Shown piece by piece: positions 40,777 through 50,125 of a DNA stretch of 64,000 nucleotides. The stretch covers positions 11,595 through 75,594 of the forward strand of contig CAYPZP010000002.1 of assembly GCA_964415285.1 (NCBI GenBank), in the 5' to 3' direction. Each line of letters starts with the position of its first letter. The first letter of the stretch is position 1. The stretch comes from an uncultured Halomonas sp. Lineage in GTDB: Bacteria > Pseudomonadota > Gammaproteobacteria > Xanthomonadales > Wenzhouxiangellaceae. A model generated the notes under the pieces. That model did no database searches, was not told the DNA's origin, and was given only the letters and a program-made list of their open reading frames with translations. The translations under genes were made by a program, and so were the position numbers.

Positions 40777-42009
40777 TCAGCCGCGTCCGATCGTGCACGC
40801 CGACGGCCCCGGCAGACCGTCGAAGCGCTCGCGACTCCATTGCATCAGCAGCTCAGGTACCGGTGAATCCTCACCCACGATGGAAAGGTGGCCATGGCGG
40901 GCGAAACCGCGGTAATCGATCACCTGGCCGTCCATGCACCGTCGGCCGACGAATCCGCCCTGGACGTCCGGCAGCACGGTGGCGTCCTCGCTGCCCTGCG
41001 CGATCAGCACCGGCACGGCAATCCGGCCAGCGGGCACGTTGGCCTCGAGGCGGCGGGCGAACGAACCGGTCGGAGGCTGCACGGCAAACAGCGACGGGGC
41101 ACCCAGCAGCGAAGGCACCGCAGAGACCGCGATTTCGGCACCCGCCAGGCAGCGGCCGGCCACGTCGTGGGCCAGCGCGCGGGCGAACGGCCGCACCTGG
41201 TCCTCGAAATCGACGTCCGGGTAGATGCGCGCGTAGGCCTCGATCAGCAGCGCCGACAGCAGCCGACCCATGAACGCGTCGTGCACGCCGGCCACCAGGT
41301 TGGGTAGATCGGTCGCCGGCGCGACCGCGGCCACGCCGGACAACGCCACATCCGGCGCGTACGAGGCGGCCGAGATGCCGGTCCACAGGGCCGCGTGCCC
41401 ACCCTGGGAATGCCCCCAGACCACGGTTTCCGGCTCCAGCGAGAGGCCTTCGATCCGGCGCGCCGCGCGCACCGCATCGAGCACGGCGCGCGCCTCGGCC
41501 GGGCCGTCCAGATAGCGGTGCGGGCCGGGCGTGCCCAGCCCCGGGTAGTCCGGCGCGACCCAGATCCAGCCGGCCTCCACGGCCTGCTCGAACGCTGGCA
41601 CATAGGCGAACGGTTCGGTCTTCAGCGACGGCGCGCAACCGTTGGCGATGCCGGTAGTGCCGTGCGCCCAGGCCACGACGGGCCCCGATTCGACGTCCCG
41701 CCGCGCCACCACCACGCCGCTGGCCGACCGGGATCGGCCGTCCGGATCCGTGGATACGTACAGGATGCGCCACGCCCTTGCGGTTTCCGGGATACCGCGC
41801 GCGAACGGTTCGATGTCCAGCAGTTGCCCCGGGCGTGCGTCGTCGGGCAATCGGGTGTTGTAGAACGGCCCCGGTTCGGGTGGCCGCGCCAGCCACCAGC
41901 CGATCGCGAAGAGCACGAAGAACGCGGCCAGGCCGCCCCAGAATCCGCGTACCCAGTGACGCCAGATTCGTTCGCCGACGGTTCTGCGGCTGTCGTTGGT
42001 CACGGCCAT
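40777..42009 (-). CDS. Secretory lipase (LIP family alpha/beta hydrolase)
   Basis: HGTTG...CAPS, DYPGLG, GHSQGG nucleophile, QGSED, H near the C-terminus; N-terminal TM helix. Confidence 0.88.
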   Translation of the reverse strand: MAVTNDSRRTVGERIWRHWVRGFWGGLAAFFVLFAIGWWLARPPEPGPFYNTRLPDDARPGQLLDIEPFARGIPETARAWRILYVSTDPDGRSRSASGVVVARRDVESGPVVAWAHGTTGIANGCAPSLKTEPFAYVPAFEQAVEAGWIWVAPDYPGLGTPGPHRYLDGPAEARAVLDAVRAARRIEGLSLEPETVVWGHSQGGHAALWTGISAASYAPDVALSGVAAVAPATDLPNLVAGVHDAFMGRLLSALLIEAYARIYPDVDFEDQVRPFARALAHDVAGRCLAGAEIAVSAVPSLLGAPSLFAVQPPTGSFARRLEANVPAGRIAVPVLIAQGSEDATVLPDVQGGFVGRRCMDGQVIDYRGFARHGHLSIVGEDSPVPELLMQWSRERFDGLPGPSACTIGRG

Positions 42010-42033
42010 TGCGTCGCGCCGGAACGCCGGCGA

Positions 42034-43443
42034 TCAGTCGAGGTAGGAGGCTTCGAACCGAGCCAGCAGTTCATCGTCTTCGTTGAACAGTTCGAGGTGC
42101 GAGCCGACGACGCGATAGCGCACCACGCGGTCCAGCGCGGCGCGGAACCGGTCGGCCTGCTCCATCCCCTGGGGGCAGGCCATCATCGTCGATGCCAGCT
42201 GCGAGAACCGCAGCCGGACGTCATCGAGCTCGTAGGAACCCGTCAACCGGTTGCAGCTGTCCGAACCGGAAACGCGACCCTCGTCGTTCAGGACCAGGTG
42301 CGGTTCGCGTGAATCCGCGATCGGGATGATGGCCTCGTCGCCGATCCGGGTCAGTTTCCAGTAGGTGCCGACCAGCTCCGCGCTGGCCAGCGGCGTACCG
42401 CAGGTTTCGCGTGGCCACACCGCGTGGAAGTCGACCGGCACGACCGTCGGAGCCGGCGTAGCGCCGTCCATCGGCACGCGCTGCACGATGCGGCCGGTGA
42501 TCACGGCCAGAAGGTCCTGTCCCGGCTCGGCGACGGCATCGAGATAGGCACGCTCGAGTTCGCCATGGTCGGCTTCCATGGCGACCTTCATGCGCCGGCC
42601 GGTCAGGCATTCCATGAACATCGCGGCGTCTGCCATGTACCGGTACATGCCGCGCATCCGCAGCTCGGGCTGGAACGGATCGAACGATTCGGCCCGGTTC
42701 AGCGTGTAGTTGAGCTCCGACTCGACGGATTCGCCTTCCTGGTCCAGCAGGCGGATGCCGGCGGCTCCGTCGGATTCGAACCGCAGCGGTGCCTCACCGC
42801 CGCGGCGCAGGATCAGAACCGTGCGATCCGACGACCAGGCCCAGCGCCCGACGTCGTCGAACGTTCCGTTTTCCTCACCCCGGTACTCGGTGCGGAGGTG
42901 GTAGGTCTGGTCGGCGAAGAAGTCGATGTGGTAATCGATGCCCTCGCAATCCGCGCACGGCAGTGTGCCGGCAAACGTCGCCGGAAGCGGCGCGACCGGA
43001 TTCTCCGGCACGTCGTCGGGCTGCGGCTCGAGCTGCGAATCGCGGGGCGCTTCGGCGCGGCGCAGCAGCAGCTGCATTTCGTCGGGGTTTCCCTGGGTAA
43101 TCACCGGAATCGGCGTCGGCGTCTCGAACAGGAGCTGTTCACGATCCAGCAAGCGCGCGTGGACGACGTAGCGGTGCCCGGGATCGATATCGTCAAGGTT
43201 GTAGGGCACTTCGAACGCATACGGCGGCTGGCCGGCCTTGGCAACCACGATGCGCGTGATGAGCCGATCCGCCGGGTCGTCGGCAGAAGTGTCCTCGAGC
43301 GAAACTTCCAGTCGCGCACCGGGGGGCGCGGCGATCCGTTCACGGTACAGCGCCTCCCCGGTCACCGAATCGGTTTCGCCGCCGGGTGAGCAACCGGCGA
43401 GGATCAGGAAACCGGTGAACATCACGGCTGGGCCAGGTTTCAT
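42034..43443 (-). CDS. Multidomain lipoprotein YbaY-NlpE(CutF)-META(HslJ)
   Basis: Lipobox LAGC; YRERIA.PP.A.L.V.L.D.S (YbaY); F.GTLPCADCEGI (NlpE); GMYRYMADAA.F.EC.TG; GSDSCN...STMMAC (META). Confidence 0.85.
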   Translation of the reverse strand: MKPGPAVMFTGFLILAGCSPGGETDSVTGEALYRERIAAPPGARLEVSLEDTSADDPADRLITRIVVAKAGQPPYAFEVPYNLDDIDPGHRYVVHARLLDREQLLFETPTPIPVITQGNPDEMQLLLRRAEAPRDSQLEPQPDDVPENPVAPLPATFAGTLPCADCEGIDYHIDFFADQTYHLRTEYRGEENGTFDDVGRWAWSSDRTVLILRRGGEAPLRFESDGAAGIRLLDQEGESVESELNYTLNRAESFDPFQPELRMRGMYRYMADAAMFMECLTGRRMKVAMEADHGELERAYLDAVAEPGQDLLAVITGRIVQRVPMDGATPAPTVVPVDFHAVWPRETCGTPLASAELVGTYWKLTRIGDEAIIPIADSREPHLVLNDEGRVSGSDSCNRLTGSYELDDVRLRFSQLASTMMACPQGMEQADRFRAALDRVVRYRVVGSHLELFNEDDELLARFEASYLD

Positions 43444-43479
43444 CGCATCCCTCGCGCTATCGAATCTCGGGTTCGATTT

Positions 43480-43676
43480 TACCTCGCCAGGCGTCGGCAA
43501 ACCTGACGAAGGCTCCGGCTTCACCCGGGGTTCCCAACGTCGGTATCGCCTGCAGGGGGAATCGATTCGGGCGCTGGGCGGTTGTCGGATTCCTTGGACA
43601 AAGTCTGAGTCAAGGTCAGCATCTAGCGTCAAAGGCGGTTTCGCCACGCGGGCTGCGCCCGCTTTCTGGCGAGGTA
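43480..43676. mobile_element. Candidate MITE (197 bp) with perfect 11-bp terminal inverted repeats
   Basis: TACCTCGCCAG (43480-43490) / CTGGCGAGGTA (43666-43676); a second degenerate right end TTGCCGAGGTA at 44043-44053. Confidence 0.5.
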
Positions 43677-43735
43677 CTTTTCACGATGGTCATGACGATG
43701 GTCATCACCATCGCCATGACCATCGCCTCAAAAGT
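43676..43735 (-). repeat. Long hairpin built from CGATGGTCAT units
   Basis: On the minus strand, a 19-bp stem (one G-U) with a GATG loop plus an outer ACTTTT/AAAAGT stem. Confidence 0.8.
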
Positions 43736-44235
43736 CCGGCGTTGCTTGAAGCGGAGTGTTGCGCGCCGGCTGTTCAAACTGCTCGAAAAGTCGCCTGAGA
43801 TGGCTTGACAAGTCATAGACGCATCCCAACAGCGCTCTTTTCAAGCAAACGGCACGGTGGGGCGCTTTCGAAGAACGCCCGAGGCGACAGAATGCTGACC
43901 TGCCAGGGAATCGGGACTTCGGACTGCCAATTGAACAGGATGGAGCCCGGAACCCACTCCGCGCTACGGAGACTGCGTGGAGTGAAACCCCTTCACTCGA
44001 GCGCATTTCTCCGAACCATGGCACATCGGCAGGGCCCCGGCTTTGCCGAGGTATCCGGAAGCCTGTGGACCCGGCAGCCGGAACGAGCCCGGGCGCTTTC
44101 TCGGCGGGATCGACCGAGACCAAGGCCCGTGGCCGCCCGCCGCGCCGCCGAAAACCGATACCCTTTCGGCATGGACATCGACTCGAACCGGTTTCCGGCC
44201 AGCCGAATCGGCTCCCGGAGCACCGGGCTGGCCCC

Positions 44236-45135
44236 GTGACCCGCTGGCGCTGGGTCCTGATCCCGACGATCATGGTGCCGCTGACGCTGGTGCTGATCGT
44301 GCCGATGCTGATCGGCGCGCTGATCAAGCGGGTGATTCCGATCGCAACGGTCAACCGCGCCTGCCGCCGATTCGTCGCCTGGATCGCCGAGCGCTGGCTC
44401 GATGTGCTGGTCGGCCTCTCGCGGCGCCTCCTGGACACCCGATTCGAGGTGACCGGCGATGCGCAAACCGACCGCGACCACAGCTACGTCATCATCGGCA
44501 ATCACCAGTCGTGGGTGGATGTACCGGTGCTGCTGGTTCTATTTCACGGCCGGGTTCCGTTCTTCCGTTTCTTTCTCAAGCGCGGGCTGATCTGGCTGCC
44601 GCTGCTGGGGCAGGCCTTGTGGGCGCTCGAATACCCGTTTGTCCGGTTTCCGTCGAGCGAAGTGCTCGAGCGCCATCCCGATCGCCGCGGTGAAAACCTG
44701 CGCGCGGCACGGCGCGCCTGCGAACACCTCGAAAACCGTGCAACCACGCTGGTCAACTTTCCCGAAGGCGGACTGTTCACTCGCGCGCGCCATGCGGAGC
44801 AGCGCGCGCGCTTCCGTCACCTGCTGCGCCCGCGCGCCGGCGGCACGGCGCTGGCGTTGGCGGCGCTCGGTGATCGGCTGGACGCGTTGATCGACGTCAC
44901 GCTGCATTTCCCGGACGGTCCGCCGGGGCTGGGCCGGTTCATCACCAACCGGGTGCGCCGCGTGCAGGTCGACGTGCGGCGGATCGAAGTGCCCCGGGAA
45001 ATGACGCGGGGCGATTACGAGAACGACGCGGAGTTCCGGCGCCGCTTCCAGGACTGGCTCAACGAAATCTGGCGCGAGAAAGATGATCGACTCGACCGAA
45101 TGCGCCGAACCGCCGCCCGGCAAACGTCGCGATAA
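44236..45135 (+). CDS. PlsC/YihG-type acyltransferase
   Basis: NHQSWVD, FFLK..L.W.P..G, NFPEG, LLRPRAGG, FQDWLNEIWREKD. Confidence 0.9.
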   Translation: MTRWRWVLIPTIMVPLTLVLIVPMLIGALIKRVIPIATVNRACRRFVAWIAERWLDVLVGLSRRLLDTRFEVTGDAQTDRDHSYVIIGNHQSWVDVPVLLVLFHGRVPFFRFFLKRGLIWLPLLGQALWALEYPFVRFPSSEVLERHPDRRGENLRAARRACEHLENRATTLVNFPEGGLFTRARHAEQRARFRHLLRPRAGGTALALAALGDRLDALIDVTLHFPDGPPGLGRFITNRVRRVQVDVRRIEVPREMTRGDYENDAEFRRRFQDWLNEIWREKDDRLDRMRRTAARQTSR

Positions 45136-45166
45136 CCGATGAGGCGCCGGGCGGAACGTCGGGTCG

Positions 45167-45997
45167 ATGAGCGGCATCGCCTATCGACCCGGGCTCCCCG
45201 CCTGGGCATTCCCGGGGTGGCGCGGCGTCTGCTTCCGGCGCAGCGCGTCGCCGGTGGCCGGGTATGCACGGGTGTTCGGTTGCGTCGAGGGCAACACGAC
45301 GTTCTATCGGGTACCGAACGCATCGACCGTCGCGCAGTGGCGCGAGGCGCTGGCCGGAACCGGCTTCCGGTTCTGCTTCAAGCGGCCGCGACCCGTCACG
45401 CATGATCGCCGATCCGATCGCGCGGTGCTGGCCGATTTCCTGGCCGCGATCGAACCGCGGGAAGATCATCTCGGACCGCTGCTGGTGCAGTTTCCGGCAT
45501 GGGGCGGTCCCGAGAATCTGGAGCGGATCACGGCGGTGGTCGAGCAGCTCCCCGGCGATCGGCCGCGCGCGCTGGAAGTGCGCCATCCCCGGTTCTTCGG
45601 CCAGCCGGAGACGCTTGAGCCGCTGCTTCGTCGATATCGACTGGATCGGGTTGCGCTGGATGCCAGCGCGCTGCATCGCGACGACCCCGATCATCCTGAG
45701 GTGCGAAGCGCGCGTCATGCGAAACCGGATCTGCCGGTGCTCGAGGGCATGCACATCGATCTCCGCTTCGTCCGCCCGGTGCTGCACCCCTCCGGCGAAG
45801 GGAACCGCCCGGTCATGGCGCGCTGGAGCGAGAGGATTGCCGCCGAACGGGCCGCCGGGCGCGCAAGCTACATGATGATTGACTGTCCCAACAACCAGCA
45901 TTGCCCGACGTTTGCCCGCGACTTCCACGAGATGCTGCGACATCGCGTCGAGCTGATGCCCATGCCGAGCTGGCCGAACGGTTGTCGCGACCGCTGA
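45167..45997 (+). CDS. DUF72 (YecE-like) protein, possibly degenerating
   Basis: W.FPGW, VEGNTTFY..P, GPLLVQFP, EVRHP.F, CPNN. Confidence 0.8.
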   Translation: MSGIAYRPGLPAWAFPGWRGVCFRRSASPVAGYARVFGCVEGNTTFYRVPNASTVAQWREALAGTGFRFCFKRPRPVTHDRRSDRAVLADFLAAIEPREDHLGPLLVQFPAWGGPENLERITAVVEQLPGDRPRALEVRHPRFFGQPETLEPLLRRYRLDRVALDASALHRDDPDHPEVRSARHAKPDLPVLEGMHIDLRFVRPVLHPSGEGNRPVMARWSERIAAERAAGRASYMMIDCPNNQHCPTFARDFHEMLRHRVELMPMPSWPNGCRDR

Positions 45998-46066
45998 ACC
46001 GACGTTCACGGCTCGCCAATGCCGGCGGCGCTACCTTTCGCGCATGCCGCCGCAGCGTCGAACACC

Positions 46067-46996
46067 ATGAGCCGATATATCGTCACCGGCGCCAATCGCG
46101 GCCTCGGCTTCGAGATCGCCAGACACCTGGCGGCCGAGCCGGGGCACAGCGTGATTCTCGCGGTTCGCGATGTCGACCATGGCCGGCGGGCCCAGGCGCG
46201 CATCGACGGCGACACCGAAGTTGCCGAACTCGACCTCGCCTCGACGGAAAGCGTGCAGCGATTCGTTTCGGCGTACGACGAGCCGATCGCCGGGCTGGTC
46301 AACAATGCCGGCATTCAATTCAACGACGCAACGCACTGGACCGCCGAAGGACTGGAGCAGACCTTTGCAGTCAACCACCTCAACGCGCTGCGCCTGACCT
46401 ACGGACTGCGCGACCGGTTGCGCGGCGGGCGCGTGATGTTCATCGGCAGCGGCACCCACCATCCGAAGCATCCCACCGCGACGCACTTCGGCTTCCGCGG
46501 CGAGCAGTTCCGCTCCATCCGCAACTGCGCCCGGGGGCTGGACACGTCGGAGCGCCCCGACCAGCTCGGAAAGGATCGCTACGCGACGACCAAGTTCCTG
46601 AACATGATCACGACCGTGGCGATGGCGCGGCGCTTTGAGGCCGACCAGTTGTTCGTGCTGTGCCTGGACCCCGGTTTGATGCCCGGGACCGATCTGGCGC
46701 GCACCGCCCCGGCCTTGCTTCGATTCGGCTGGCACTACGTCCTGCCCATCGTGGCTCGGATGCTGCCCGACACGTCGACGACCGCTCGATCCGGCCGCCA
46801 GGCCGCGCGCTTGATGACCGCCGATCGCGGCGACTTGAAGCACGGCGGCATCTATGCCCACGACGGACGGCTTTCCAAACGGGTCTCGTCACGGGTCTTC
46901 GATACCGATCTCGGCGACCGCGTTCTCGAGGAATCGCTGGCCATCGGGGCCGCCTCGGGTCCGATCGCTCACGCGCCGACCCGCCAGGATTCATGA
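46067..46996 (+). CDS. SDR oxidoreductase (protochlorophyllide-reductase/RDH-like)
   Basis: TGANRGLG, LDLAS, NNAG, FAVNHL, YATTK, DPGLMPGT. Confidence 0.9.
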   Translation: MSRYIVTGANRGLGFEIARHLAAEPGHSVILAVRDVDHGRRAQARIDGDTEVAELDLASTESVQRFVSAYDEPIAGLVNNAGIQFNDATHWTAEGLEQTFAVNHLNALRLTYGLRDRLRGGRVMFIGSGTHHPKHPTATHFGFRGEQFRSIRNCARGLDTSERPDQLGKDRYATTKFLNMITTVAMARRFEADQLFVLCLDPGLMPGTDLARTAPALLRFGWHYVLPIVARMLPDTSTTARSGRQAARLMTADRGDLKHGGIYAHDGRLSKRVSSRVFDTDLGDRVLEESLAIGAASGPIAHAPTRQDS

Positions 46997-47134
46997 ACCG
47001 ACTCCTCGAGCCGTCACCGGAGTCTGTCCCGGAATCGATCCGGGGCCTGTCGCCGGAAAATCCAGCGACCGGGCGATCCCACGGATCGTGAATCGGTTGC
47101 GGGGCGGCACCGCCGGCTTCGATCGGGAGGCGGG

Positions 47135-48031
47135 CTAGCCCGAAAACGCCCGCTCGCTGCGGATCAAGCCGATCACCGCGCCCATGACCAGCCCGAAACC
47201 CAGCCACTGGGCCGGGGCCGGCACCGCGTCGAGCACGAACAACTCGGCGAACACCGTGACCAGCGGCGCCAGCGCGATCAGCGAAGCGCCGATCGCCGCG
47301 GCGGTTCGGTCGAACACGTGATACAGCCCGATCGCGAACAAACCCATGCACACGCCAGCCAGCACGACCCACGGAAAGGTCGGGATGAGCGACCGCCAGG
47401 CCGCCGCATCGAGCACGGGCAAGGCGATCGACAGCAGCAGCACGGCACCGCCGACGGCGCGCCCGACCGCGACCGTATCCGGCGACAGGTCGTGCAACGA
47501 GCGCTTGGCGATGACGTCGGCGAGCCCGATCGCCGGCAGCGTGGCCAGCAGCAGCCAGAACGGAGTGCCCAGCTGGAACTTCAGCGATCCGGGATCGACG
47601 TTGACGGCCAGCAGTCCGGCGCAGATCGCGACGATCCAGGCGTAACCTGCGCGCGACAGGCGCTCGCCGAGCAGGAACCGGGTCGCGACCGCGGTCGCGG
47701 CCGGATAAGCGGACTGGAACACGGCCCGGGTCGACGCGCTGGTTTCGATCATCGCCAGCACCGCAAGCAGCGGCACCAACGCCGAGCCGAGGGCGCCGAC
47801 CGACCACAGCGCCGCATGTTGGCGTCGCGTCAGCCGTCCCAACCCCCGCAGCCCACCGCGGAAGCCGCGCCACAGCAGTACCAGCACGGCCGCGACCGTC
47901 GCGGCCGAGGCCGCCAGCGGCAGCGGGGCAGCCGAAGATTCCAGCGCGGCTTTCTGCGCCAGCGGCGCCAGCCCCAGACCACCGACCGCCAGTGCCACCC
48001 ATGCCGTCGAGCGAAGTCTGAATGCGTCCAT
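47135..48031 (-). CDS. DMT/EamA family transporter
   Basis: About 10 hydrophobic helices in two repeats; LLGERL motif. Confidence 0.85.
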   Translation of the reverse strand: MDAFRLRSTAWVALAVGGLGLAPLAQKAALESSAAPLPLAASAATVAAVLVLLWRGFRGGLRGLGRLTRRQHAALWSVGALGSALVPLLAVLAMIETSASTRAVFQSAYPAATAVATRFLLGERLSRAGYAWIVAICAGLLAVNVDPGSLKFQLGTPFWLLLATLPAIGLADVIAKRSLHDLSPDTVAVGRAVGGAVLLLSIALPVLDAAAWRSLIPTFPWVVLAGVCMGLFAIGLYHVFDRTAAAIGASLIALAPLVTVFAELFVLDAVPAPAQWLGFGLVMGAVIGLIRSERAFSG

Positions 48032-48228
48032 ATCGATGACGATCCAGCCTACATCGGCGTCGTGATCGTCCCGGGCCTCGTGGCAGGCCGCAGCCGTCGC
48101 ACCGCGCCAACGCTGCTATGCTCGACTCCGTTTCGTGAGTGCAGCCAGTCCTGGATACCGGAATGAGTGACCGCGATTGCATCCATCGAGCCCGGCCGCC
48201 GGGTCCCGGCCCCGCGCCGAAGTCGGCC

Positions 48229-48309
48229 GGGTATCGAACTGCGGCACGCAACGGCGCCACCGAAGCATCGAAGGGGATCGTGATCACACTGCTCGACGGC
48301 GATTTCCCG
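48229..48309 (+). pseudogene. Glycosyltransferase family 2 fragment
   Basis: Peptide GYRTAARNGATEASKGIVITLLDGDFP resembles the GT2 ARN.....a.G..i.flD.D motif, embedded in a short, otherwise featureless ORF. Confidence 0.45.
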
Positions 48310-48432
48310 GACGAGCGCGCCGCCGAAGCGCCGCGCGGCCGACCGCGCCGACCACACCGACTGCAGCGACGCGAAGCCGCCGACACCCGCGGGCGATCGA
48401 CCCCGGGCAGGCACTGAGGCACCGTTCTTCCG

Positions 48433-48807
48433 ATGGCCAAACAACTCCTCGTCACGCTGCTGGTCGCCGCCGTCGTCGTGTTCATCGCGCGCATGAAACG
48501 CACGCGGCAGGTTTCTCAAGCCGAGTCCGCGGCGGATTCGAAACAACCGCATTCGACATCCACCACCGCGCTGGTCGGCTACGCGCTGGCGGCGGTCATG
48601 ATCGTGACCGCCGGCGCGCTGACCTGGCTGGGTTACCAGGAGCGCAACGAGATTCTGGAAGTCGTCGTCGTCGATACCCGTTCCGGCGAACGGGTGGTCT
48701 ACAGCGTTCGACGCAAGGCTTTGGGCGAGCGGGAGTTCCGAACCATCGACGGCCGGTTGATCTCGCTCGGCTCGGCCGACCGGATGGAATTGATCGAGCG
48801 CGACTGA
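48433..48807 (+). CDS. Small membrane protein, hypothetical
   Basis: Two hydrophobic segments and a beta-rich C-terminus; host-like codon usage. Confidence 0.7.
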   Translation: MAKQLLVTLLVAAVVVFIARMKRTRQVSQAESAADSKQPHSTSTTALVGYALAAVMIVTAGALTWLGYQERNEILEVVVVDTRSGERVVYSVRRKALGEREFRTIDGRLISLGSADRMELIERD

Positions 48808-48884
48808 GCCAACGGGCCGGCAAGCCCGAACCGCCGCCGACGCGATCGCGCGCTGTTGCACCCCGTCATTCACGGGATGAGTGA

Positions 48885-49850
48885 CTAGCGAACCGGGTCG
48901 TCCGGCTTGCGGAATTTCAGCGTCATCCGGTTGGATTCACCGATGGCCTCGTACTGCGCCAGCAGCGCGTCGCGATCTTCGGCATCCTCCGGCACCGAAA
49001 GCGAGGGCGGCAGCCGCCAGACGAAGTCGCCGGGACCCGGGCGATCGTTCGGGTTGGCGTTGATATCGCTTTCGGCGACCAGTTCGAACCCGGCGGCCTC
49101 GACCTGGTCGATGACGAACTGTTTCTTGAGATAGCCGTTGCTGCCGTCGGCCCAGTCGTCCGGCATGTCGGCCGGCGCTTCGTGCTGAACCACGCCCAGC
49201 ACGCCGCCCGGCTTGAGCACCGCATGGGCATCGGCCAGCGCCTGATCGAGATAATCATCGACACCGGCGATCTGGAAACGGGCGAGATTGTGCAGCGCGC
49301 GCACGAACAGCACCGCGTCGGCCCGGCCCTCGGCATCGTCGGGCAAGGAGCCCAGCCAGAACGTATCGATCTGCGCGCAGTCGCCGTCGCACCAGGAGCG
49401 TGCCTCGTCCGGGAACGTCACCGGCCACTTCCGGATATCAGCCATGAACTCGTCGGTAGCGAAGGCGAAATTCGGCCAGAGTTCCAACGGGTAGTTGGTC
49501 GCGATCAGACGTCCCTCGCTGCCAAGATACGGCAGCAGGATGCGCGTGTACCAGCCGCCGCCCGGCAGCGCTTCGACCAGCGTCGTGCCCGGCTCGATGC
49601 CGAAGAACTCCAGCGTTGCGCGCGGGTGCCGCTCGTCGTAACGCGTCTGCATCTCCTCGGACTGCGCATCGAGGATGCGTCCCAGCCGGTCCGGCTCGAG
49701 CCGAGGATCGCCCTGCTCGGTGCTTGCGGGGGCGGAAGTCTCGGCCGAAGGCGCCGGTTCCATCGGTGCAGGTTCGGGCTCGGCCGGCGGTTCGGACTGC
49801 CTGCAACCGGCGAGGATGATGATCAGGAACGCGATCGTGAACTTGCGCAT
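48885..49850 (-). CDS. Lipoprotein with class I SAM-methyltransferase fold (COG4798-like)
   Basis: Lipobox LAGC; RHP..TLEFFG, EALPGGGWYT, LHN, LKPGG.LGV, LPPS, IGESNRMTLKF.K. Confidence 0.85.
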   Translation of the reverse strand: MRKFTIAFLIIILAGCRQSEPPAEPEPAPMEPAPSAETSAPASTEQGDPRLEPDRLGRILDAQSEEMQTRYDERHPRATLEFFGIEPGTTLVEALPGGGWYTRILLPYLGSEGRLIATNYPLELWPNFAFATDEFMADIRKWPVTFPDEARSWCDGDCAQIDTFWLGSLPDDAEGRADAVLFVRALHNLARFQIAGVDDYLDQALADAHAVLKPGGVLGVVQHEAPADMPDDWADGSNGYLKKQFVIDQVEAAGFELVAESDINANPNDRPGPGDFVWRLPPSLSVPEDAEDRDALLAQYEAIGESNRMTLKFRKPDDPVR

Positions 49851-50055
49851 TGGCTTGCACTCGGTTCGGGAAGGCCCCGATTATCGACCCTGGCGACCCG
49901 GCGCGCAACGAACGCCCGGAGCCCGCAGGATGCTCATGTGCTGGCCCGGACGCCCGAGCGGATTCTCCCCGCGAAGGGCGCTGGCATGCCGGGAACGGTT
50001 GCGGGGCGCTCGATCGGGCGCTGCGCTGGCTGGATTGCTCCGGGTCCCCGGTTGC

Positions 50056-50097
50056 TTGCGTTCGATCAACTTTGCTGCGCGAACGCTTTCCTATACT
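50056..50097 (+). promoter_or_regulatory. FNR/Anr-like class II promoter
   Basis: TTGCG-TTCG-ATCAA (consensus TTGAT-N4-ATCAA) centred at 50062.5; -10 TATACT at 50092-50097 gives -41.5. Confidence 0.6.
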
Positions 50098-50125
50098 TCG
50101 GCGCATCGTCCTCGGAAAATCTCGC

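Noticed and set aside
43480-43735. Retron msr-msd
   Set aside because: No reverse transcriptase in the window, and the long hairpin lies outside the 11-bp inverted repeats rather than between them.
43238-43798. His-rich metal-binding peptide ORF (HDGHDDGHHHRHDH)
   Set aside because: The His run is a by-product of the DNA hairpin repeat; the ORF overlaps a real gene antisense and lacks an RBS.
43805-43833. Sigma70 promoter at the perfect TTGACA
   Set aside because: No acceptable -10 hexamer 16-18 bp downstream.
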